Source of the DNA: Pseudomonas aeruginosa
GTDB lineage: Bacteria; Pseudomonadota; Gammaproteobacteria; Pseudomonadales; Pseudomonadaceae
Length of the DNA: 32,000 bases
Assembly (NCBI RefSeq): GCF_001457615.1
Contig: NZ_LN831024.1
Span: 4,410,001 to 4,442,000 of the forward strand
Direction of reading: 5' to 3'
The position numbers and the translations under genes are program-made. The notes below the pieces were generated by a model. That model ran no database searches and was not told where the DNA came from. It worked only from the letters and a program-made list of their open reading frames with translations. Shown here piece by piece: positions 25,912 to 32,000 of this stretch. Each line of letters starts with the position of its first letter. The stretch's first letter is position 1.

Positions 25912-26383
25912 ATGCCGGTCGCAATCGACAAACCCGTACCCGACTTCACCGCCCCGCAACCAGCGGCAAGGAGGTGACCCTGTCCGCGCTGAAGGGCAAG
26001 CAGGTCGTCCTGTACTTCTACCCGAAGGACAGCACCCCGGTTGCACCACCGAGGGCCAGGGCTTCCGCGACCAGTACGCGGCGTTCCAGAAGGCCAATAC
26101 CGAGGTCTTCGGCATCTCCCGCGACGGCCTGAAGTCCCACGAGAACTTCAAGTGCAAACAGGAATTCCCCTTCGAGCTGATCAGCGACAAGGATGAAGCG
26201 GTCTGCCAACTGTTCGACGTGATCAAGCTGAAGAAGCTCTACGGCAAGGAATACATGGGCGTCGACCGCAGCACCTTCCTGATCGACAGGGACGGCGTAC
26301 TGCGCCAGGAGTGGCGCGGCGTGAAGGTGCCCGGGCATGTCGACGCGGTTCTCGCCGCCGCCCAAGCGCTCAACGGCGCCTGA
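25912..26383 (+). pseudogene. bcp: Thiol peroxidase Bcp (peroxiredoxin), disrupted by two -1 frameshifts
   Basis: ATG 25912 (SD GGAG) gives MPVAIDKPVPDFTAP, then a stop at 25975-25977. The Bcp sequence resumes in the next frame (25959-26039: TSGKEVTLSALKGKQVVLYFYPKDSTP). It resumes again in the third frame (26042-26383: CTTEGQGFRDQYAAFQKANTEVFGISRDGLKSHENF...VLAAAQALNGA*). One base is missing near 25954-25957 and one near 26035-26040. The second break splits the conserved FYPKDxTPGC active-site motif just before the peroxidatic Cys codon. Confidence 0.85.
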
Positions 26384-26393
26384 GCCCCGCCCC

Positions 26394-26421
26394 AAAAAAA
26401 AGGCCGCATCCGCGGCCTTTT
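26394..26421. terminator. Bidirectional rho-independent terminator between convergent bcp and permease genes
   Basis: AAAAAAAA, GGCCGC, atcc, GCGGCC, TTTT. A-run 26394-26401, stem arms 26402-26407 / 26412-26417, T-run 26418-26421, with a further TTTTT at 26425-26429. Confidence 0.8.
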
Positions 26422-26442
26422 GCATTTTTCATGCGGCCGATG

Positions 26443-27515
26443 CTATCGCGTGGCTGCCGGAGTCTCGGGAAGGTCCTTGGGCCAGGCATCCAGCACCGCT
26501 TTCACCAGGGTCGCCAGGGGGATCGCGAAGAACACGCCCAGAAGCCCCAGAGCCCGCCGAACAGCAACACCGCGCAGATGATCGCCACCGGGTGCAGGTT
26601 CACCGCCTCGGAGAACAGCAGCGGCACCAGCACGTTGCCATCCAGCGCCTGGATGATCGCGTGGGCCACCATCAGGTAGATGAACTGGTCGCTCCAGCCC
26701 CACTGGAAGAAGGCGATCATCGCCACCGGTACGCTCACCACCACCGCGCCGATGTACGGCACCACCACCGACAGGCCGACCAGCAGGGCCAGCAGCGCTG
26801 CGTAGTTGAGCCCCAGGTAGGCGAAGGCGATGTAGGTCACCGCGCCGGTAATGACGATCTCGATGACCTTGCCGCGAATGTAATTGGCGATCTGCTGGTT
26901 CATCTCGGCCCAGACCTGTTTCATCAGCCCGCGCTCGCGCGGCAGGTAGCGGTGGAACCAGGTATGGAAGCGCTTCTTGTCCTTGAGGAAGAAGAACACC
27001 AGGATCGGCACCAGCACCAGGTAGATCATGACGTTCACCACCACCGGCAGGCTGGCCAGCGACGAGGTCAGCGCCCACTGGCCGATCTGGCCGAATTCGC
27101 CGCGCGCGGTCTCGATGGCCTTGAGCACCTGCTCCTCGCTGATCAGGCTGGGATAGCGCTCGGGCAGCATCAGCAGCACGCTCTGCCATTCGCCGAGCAT
27201 CCGCGGCAGTTCGTTGAACAGGGTGAACAATTGCTGCCAGAGCAGCGGCAGCAGGACCACCAGGAACAGCGCCAGCAAGCCGAGGAACAGGCTGTAGACC
27301 AGCCACACGGCGAACAGGTGCGGCACCCGGAAGCGTTCCAGCATGCCGACCACGCCCTGGATCAGGAAGGCGATCACCATCGCCGCCAGTACCGGCGCGA
27401 GCATCCCGCCGAAGGCGAGGATGACGCTGAAGCCGAGCACCAGCATGATCGCCAGCACCACTGCCTCCTCGTCGGAGAAGTAGCGCTGCATCCAGTCGCG
27501 TAACACCTTGATCAT
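26443..27515 (-). pseudogene. AI-2E family (PerM/YdiK-like) inner-membrane transporter with a C-terminal -1 frameshift
   Basis: The frame from ATG 27513-27515 (MIKVLRDWMQRYFSDEEAVVL...) reads normally to ...AVLLFGGLWGFW, then runs ACSSRSPWRPW* (stop 26502). The family-typical ending GVFFAIPLATLVKAVLDAWPKDLPETPAATR* continues in the adjacent frame to 26443. One C is missing from the C-run at 26537-26539 (a G on the coding strand: TGGGGC became TGGGC). Confidence 0.8.
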
Positions 27516-27548
27516 CGGAAATCCTGAATCGGAACGGCGAAGGCTCCG

Positions 27549-27800
27549 CTAACGCTTGCGCAGCCAGTATCGATAGACGCCTTCGGCGGCCTCTTCGCGC
27601 AGCAGTTCATGGCCGGCGAGCTGGGCGAAGGCCCGGAAGTCTCGCTGCGACCCGGCATCGGTGGCGATCACCTTGAGCACCCCGCCGCTGGGCAGGCGGT
27701 TCAGCTCCAGCTTGGCCTTTAGCAGGGGCAGCGGACAATTGAGACCACTGGCATCCAGCTCCGCGTCACATACCAGGGGGGATGAATCGTTATCCGTCAT
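27549..27800 (-). CDS. TusA-like sulfurtransferase (SirA/YedF/YeeD family)
   Basis: 83 aa counted from MTDNDSSPLVCDAELDASGLNCPLPLLKAKLEL (ATG 27798-27800, SD GGAGAGG). The CPxP active-site motif is present. The track ORF is over-extended upstream. I recall the PAO1 orthologue (PA1006) as a persulfide-carrying protein needed for nitrate/molybdenum-dependent metabolism. Confidence 0.85.
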   Translation of the reverse strand: MTDNDSSPLVCDAELDASGLNCPLPLLKAKLELNRLPSGGVLKVIATDAGSQRDFRAFAQLAGHELLREEAAEGVYRYWLRKR

Positions 27801-27963
27801 GACAGCCTCTCCCGAAGGGCCGACAAGCATACCCAAGCCTATCCGCCGCTGGCCAGTTGAAACGGCGCTCGAAGTCCAACAGCTTCGGGGTCTCGGGCAG
27901 ATACCTAGGCAGTGCCGATGACCAACGGCTAAAGTAAGGCCTTTGCCAACCTGAGCCTCCTGC

Positions 27964-29397
27964 ATGAATGTACTGCGCCCTGCCCTGTTGACGCTCGCCT
28001 GCATGCTCGCTTCGCCGGTCATGTCGGACGATCTGCCCTCCCTGGGCGACGCATCTTCCTCGATCGTTTCGCCGGAGCAGGAGTTCCAGCTGGGCCGCGC
28101 CTGGCTGAGCATGCTGCGCAACCAGGTCGATGCGATCTCCGACCCGCAGCTCAAGGACTTCGTCGAAAGCAGCGTCTACCGGCTGGCCGAAACCAGCGAC
28201 CTGCAGGACCACCGGCTGGCCTTCATCCTCATCCGCGACGCACAGATCAACGCCTTCGCCGCGCCCGGCGGCGTGATCGGGGTCAACGGCGGGCTACTGC
28301 TCAACGCCCAGACCGAAGGCGAGTATGCCGCGGTGCTGGCCCACGAACTCGGCCACCTGATCCAGCGCCACTTCGCCCGCGGCATCGAGGCACAGCAGCG
28401 CATGCAACTGCCGGTGATGGCAGCGATGCTCGCCGGCATCGTCGCCGCGGCCGCCGGCGCAGGGGATGCGGGTATCGCGGCGATCGCCGGGACCCAGGCG
28501 GCGGCGATCCAGAACCAGTTGCGCTTTTCCCGGCAGAACGAGCAGGAAGCCGACCGCGTCGGCGTCACCAACATGGTTCGCGCCGGTTACGATCCGCGCT
28601 CGATGCCGAACATGTTCGAGCGCCTGGCGCGGCAGTACCGCTACGACGGCAAGCCGCCGGAGTTCCTCCTCACCCACCCGGTCACCGAATCGCGTATCGC
28701 CGACACCCGTAACCGCGCCGAACAGTATCCCCAGGGCGGCAAGGAAGACAGCTTGCGCTACCAGCAGATGCGCGCGCGCACCCAGTTGCTCTTCGAGGAA
28801 ACCCCGGGGATGGCCGGCAAGCGCTTCCGCGCCATGCTCAACGACAATCCCAAGCTGGATGCCGCGCGCTACGGACTGGCCATCTCGCAGACGCGCATCG
28901 GCCAGCTCAACGATGCCCGTGACAACCTCAGGCAATTGCTGGCGAAGGCACCCAACGACGTGGCCTACAACCTGGCCCAGGTCGAGCTGGACATCACCGC
29001 CAACCGCCTTCCGGATGCCGATCAGCGGTTGAAGAAGATGCTCGCCCAGTTCCCCAGCAGCTACCCGCTGAAACAGGTGCGCGCCGACCTGATGCTGAAG
29101 ATGGGCAAGCCGCAGGAATCGGAGAAGATCCTCGACGACCTGAGCAAGGCGCGGCCGCTGGACCCGGATGTCTGGAACCGCCTGGCCGAGGTGCGCAGCC
29201 TGACCAACAACGCCATCGGCGTGCACCAGGCCCGTGCCGAGTACCTGTCTCTGACCGGCGACTACCAGGCCGCCATCGAGCAGCTCGATTTCGCCAAGCG
29301 CCGCGCTGGCGGCAACTTCCAACTGGCTGCGCGACTCGACGCTCGCCAGCAGGAAATTCGCCAACAGGAAAAGATGGTCAAGGAAATGTTCCGCTGA
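27964..29397 (+). CDS. bepA: Periplasmic M48 metalloprotease with C-terminal TPR domain (BepA-like)
   Basis: 477 aa. Signal peptide MNVLRPALLTLACMLASPVMS. HExxH zinc motif (LAHELGHLIQRH), a downstream NEQEADRVG third-ligand region, and a TPR-like C-terminal half. perM-bepA adjacency is conserved in E. coli. Confidence 0.85.
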   Translation: MNVLRPALLTLACMLASPVMSDDLPSLGDASSSIVSPEQEFQLGRAWLSMLRNQVDAISDPQLKDFVESSVYRLAETSDLQDHRLAFILIRDAQINAFAAPGGVIGVNGGLLLNAQTEGEYAAVLAHELGHLIQRHFARGIEAQQRMQLPVMAAMLAGIVAAAAGAGDAGIAAIAGTQAAAIQNQLRFSRQNEQEADRVGVTNMVRAGYDPRSMPNMFERLARQYRYDGKPPEFLLTHPVTESRIADTRNRAEQYPQGGKEDSLRYQQMRARTQLLFEETPGMAGKRFRAMLNDNPKLDAARYGLAISQTRIGQLNDARDNLRQLLAKAPNDVAYNLAQVELDITANRLPDADQRLKKMLAQFPSSYPLKQVRADLMLKMGKPQESEKILDDLSKARPLDPDVWNRLAEVRSLTNNAIGVHQARAEYLSLTGDYQAAIEQLDFAKRRAGGNFQLAARLDARQQEIRQQEKMVKEMFR

Positions 29398-29505
29398 GCG
29401 GCATATCCGAGGAAAAACACCCGGCGAAGCTCATCGAAACAGGGGGTTGGGCGAACAACCGCACCGCGCTTACTCGCCCTACGCAGCGGGACGCCCTCGC
29501 CAGGA

Positions 29506-30564
29506 TCAGGCGTTCCCGGCCTGGCGCAGGCGCGCGGCCTGGGTGAAGTCGAGCATGCGCTTGAGCGGTCGGACCGCCCTCGGGATCAACGCCGGGTCGA
29601 CGAAGATTTCCCCGCTGCCCTCGCGCAGGCAGGCCAGGGTCCGCTCGAGCGTGTTCATCGCCATCCACGGGCAGTGCGCGCAGCTGCGGCAGGCGGCGCC
29701 GTTGCCGGCGGTGGGGGCCTCGATGAAATCCTTGTCCGGGCACAACTGCTGCATCTTGTAGAAGATGCCGCGATCGGTGGCGACGATGAAGGTCTTGTTC
29801 GGCAAGGTCTGCGCGGCCTTGATCAACTGGCTGGTCGAGCCCACGGCATCGGCCAGCGCGACCACGCTTTCCGGCGATTCGGGGTGGACCAGGATGGCGG
29901 CGTCCGGGTAGAGCGCCTTCATGTCTTCCAACTGCTTGGCCTTGAACTCCTCGTGGACGATGCAGGCGCCATCCCAGAGCAGCATGTCGGCCCCCGTCTC
30001 GCGCTGGATGTAGCGTCCCAGGTGCTGGTCCGGCGCCCAGAGGATGGGCTCGCCGTTGTCCATCAGGTGTTCGACGATCTCCACCGCGCAACTGGAGGTC
30101 ACGACCCAGTCGGCGCGTGCCTTCACCGCCGCGGAGGTGTTCGCATAGACCACCACGGTCCGTTCCGGGTGCTGGTCGCAGAATGCCGAGAATTCATCCA
30201 CCGGGCAGCCCAGGTCGAGCGAGCAGGTCGCTTCGAGGGTCGGCATCAGCACACGCTTCTCAGGGTTGAGGATCTTCGCCGTCTCGCCCATGAAGCGCAC
30301 CCCGGCCACGACCACCGTCTGCGCCGGATGCTGGTTGCCGAAACGGGCCATCTCCAGCGAATCGGATACGCAACCGCCGGTCTCCTCGGCCAACGCCTGG
30401 ATCACCGGGTCGCAGTAGTAATGCGCCACCAGTACAGCATTTTGCGCCTTCAGTTCGGCCGCGATCGCCGCGCGATGCTCGGCGCTCTCCTGCTCGCTCA
30501 ACACACGGGGTTGCTTGGCGGCCAGGTGGGCCTGTACCAGGAGTCGTTCGGAAATGTGCGTCAT
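29506..30564 (-). CDS. nadA: Quinolinate synthase A
   Basis: 352 aa counted from [16 protein letters not shown] (ATG 30562-30564). The motifs [33 protein letters not shown] and CSLD, and the C-terminal Cys-rich [10 protein letters not shown], are characteristic of NadA. The 76-codon in-frame upstream extension in the track is unlikely to be real. Confidence 0.95.
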   Translation of the reverse strand: MTHISERLLVQAHLAAKQPRVLSEQESAEHRAAIAAELKAQNAVLVAHYYCDPVIQALAEETGGCVSDSLEMARFGNQHPAQTVVVAGVRFMGETAKILNPEKRVLMPTLEATCSLDLGCPVDEFSAFCDQHPERTVVVYANTSAAVKARADWVVTSSCAVEIVEHLMDNGEPILWAPDQHLGRYIQRETGADMLLWDGACIVHEEFKAKQLEDMKALYPDAAILVHPESPESVVALADAVGSTSQLIKAAQTLPNKTFIVATDRGIFYKMQQLCPDKDFIEAPTAGNGAACRSCAHCPWMAMNTLERTLACLREGSGEIFVDPALIPRAVRPLKRMLDFTQAARLRQAGNA

Positions 30565-30778
30565 AGTCGCTACACCTGAAGGCGCAACAGCGCGTCTCTC
30601 GATTTTATACCCGGCGGCAGGCTGGACCGCAGGGAACTGACGATTGCAGGTTTCGGGCACGGCACCCGTGTCCCCCTTGAGCAAACCCCGGGGATCCGCC
30701 TGCAAGGCCGCGGATTCTAACCGCATAGGTCGCGCCAGGGCCATCCCGGCATCCGTACCGGCCTGGCCGGTGGCTCCG

Positions 30779-30794
30779 CTAACAAAAGACATAG
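30779..30794. promoter_or_regulatory. las/rhl-box-like site CTAACAAAAGACATAG (CT-N12-AG)
   Basis: Matches the CT-N12-AG LuxR-type box pattern. It lies about 0.52 kb upstream of the mvfR ATG and about 0.22 kb upstream of the nadA ATG. From memory, a LasR-dependent box with this sequence was reported about 0.5 kb upstream of mvfR/pqsR. Confidence 0.6.
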
Positions 30795-31312
30795 GTTTCG
30801 GTCGTTAGACCTACGCGACATAATTTTTTTGTTTCTTAGAACCGTCCCTGACTCGGCTCGCTCCACGACCGAACACGACATGCCGGCATGCCAGCGTTAA
30901 TACTTTGGTATTAGGCCCTTGGTATTAACGTTAAATAACCGGTAAATATCCGGATTTTCTTTTCGTCGAATTTACGAGCAATATGAAACATATTTCGTTG
31001 AAATAAGCTCTTCTTTCACATAATTATAAAAATATCCTGAAACAGAGCCGTCATCCCTCACCTCCAAAACGACGACTCCCCGTGCCGTGCGCCCGCCGCG
31101 CAGAAAGCGAGCCGGCGGCCGATTCCACCCTCGCACGCCAGCCCTTGCGCTTCACTGACCGACGGGAGGTTTCCCCGATGAAAACGTCATCCAGAAGACA
31201 AGTTGAAACACTCGGGCGCTATCTATCGAGTCCTCGACGCTTCTTCCACAGTAGCGGCAACCTGACCCGATCAAGGGAAGCGGCACGCGCCACCCAATAA
31301 AAGGAATAAGGG

Positions 31313-32000
31313 ATGCCTATTCATAACCTGAATCACGTGAACATGTTCCTCCAGGTCATCGCCTCCGGTTCGATTTCCTCCGCTGCGCGGATCCTGCGCA
31401 AGTCGCACACCGCGGTCAGCTCGGCGGTCAGCAACCTGGAAATCGACCTGTGCGTGGAGCTGGTCCGTCGGGACGGCTACAAGGTCGAACCCACCGAGCA
31501 GGCGCTTCGCCTGATCCCTTACATGCGCAGCCTGCTGAACTACCAGCAGCTGATCGGCGACATCGCCTTCAATCTCAACAAGGGTCCGCGCAATCTCCGG
31601 GTGTTGCTGGACACCGCCATCCCGCCGTCGTTCTGCGATACGGTGAGCAGCGTACTGCTCGACGATTTCAACATGGTCAGCCTGATACGCACCTCGCCCG
31701 CCGATAGCCTGGCGACGATCAAGCAGGACAACGCGGAAATCGATATCGCCATCACCATCACCATCGACGAGGAACTGAAGATCTCCCGCTTCAACCAGTG
31801 CGTGCTCGGCTACACCAAGGCGTTCGTCGTCGCCCATCCGCAGCACCCGTTGTGCAATGCCTCCCTGCACAGCATCGCGAGCCTGGCCAATTACCGGCAG
31901 ATCAGCCTCGGCAGCCGCTCCGGGCAGCATTCGAACCTGCTGCGGCCGGTCAGCGACAAGGTGCTCTTCGTGGAAAACTTCGACGACATGCTGCGTCTGG
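31313..32000 (+). CDS. mvfR: LysR-type quorum-sensing regulator MvfR/PqsR (partial, first 229 codons; carries a 2-aa insertion)
   Basis: ATG 31313 (SD AAGGA/TAAGGG) gives MPIHNLNHVNMFLQVIASGSISSAARILRKSHTAVSSAVSNLEIDLCVELVRRDGYKVEPTEQALRLIPYMRSLLNYQQLIGDIAFNLNKGPRNLRVLLDTAIPPSFCDTV.... I recognise this as MvfR/PqsR. The frame is open to the window end, which is why it is missing from the ORF track. Confidence 0.95.
   Translation, partial: MPIHNLNHVNMFLQVIASGSISSAARILRKSHTAVSSAVSNLEIDLCVELVRRDGYKVEPTEQALRLIPYMRSLLNYQQLIGDIAFNLNKGPRNLRVLLDTAIPPSFCDTVSSVLLDDFNMVSLIRTSPADSLATIKQDNAEIDIAITITIDEELKISRFNQCVLGYTKAFVVAHPQHPLCNASLHSIASLANYRQISLGSRSGQHSNLLRPVSDKVLFVENFDDMLRL

Noticed and set aside
30565-30792. 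76-codon in-frame N-terminal extension of nadA. Analogous extensions occur on amaA, amaB, opdD, pauA, the thiolase-fold gene, MaoC, GT2, the tusA-like gene, bamC and the MBL gene.
   Set aside because: In each case an internal ATG gives the family-typical N-terminus, has a Shine-Dalgarno sequence, and respects the upstream gene boundary. The extensions overlap upstream genes or regulatory DNA.
31082-31300. 72-aa track ORF upstream of mvfR, considered as a protein-coding gene.
   Set aside because: The long version has a non-ATG start without an SD and a GC-rich nonsense-like N-terminus. Only the 40-codon version with a strong SD (31178-31300) merits attention, and then as a leader uORF rather than as a protein gene.

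Overview
High-GC (roughly 65%) Pseudomonas aeruginosa core chromosome. From memory it is colinear, in reverse orientation, with the PAO1 region running from mvfR/pqsR and nadA to opdD, amaB/amaA and a RES/Xre pair. Left to right: a partial RmuC-like gene; a 650-bp non-coding gap carrying a DnaA-box palindrome and an AT-rich tract; a RES-toxin/Xre-antitoxin pair; the amaA-amaB D-lysine/pipecolate genes; a convergent GreA-like gene and a His-rich zinc-ribbon gene; and the opdD porin. A tightly coupled minus-strand operon of about 11.5 kb follows: DUF35, thiolase-fold protein, PauA-like ADP-forming acyl-CoA synthetase, MaoC hydratase-2, MFS transporter, PaaI thioesterase, two acyl-CoA dehydrogenases flanking a crotonase, an MFE-2-type SDR and an NMO-fold flavoenzyme. 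It has a divergent IclR regulator. Next come a GT2 glycosyltransferase with atypical codon usage beside tRNA-Ser(CGA), and the housekeeping block purC / MBL hydrolase / bamC / dapA / gcvR / bcp / AI-2E permease / tusA-like / bepA-like / nadA. The window ends with the AT-rich nadA-mvfR intergenic region (las-box-like site) and the first 229 codons of mvfR/pqsR. I found no CRISPR array, IS element, integrase or phage genes. Four things stand out. (1) Three single-C losses in C-runs within about 600 bp break bcp twice and the permease once. (2) mvfR carries an in-frame 6-bp tandem duplication at ligand-pocket residue Ile149. (3) The operon looks like a split, peroxisome-style (R)-specific beta-oxidation or retro-aldol system whose thiolase-fold protein appears to lack the nucleophilic Cys. 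(4) Several unannotated regulatory-looking elements: the DnaA boxes, operator palindromes and an mvfR leader uORF. All calls rest on reading the sequence and remembered family motifs; no searches were run.
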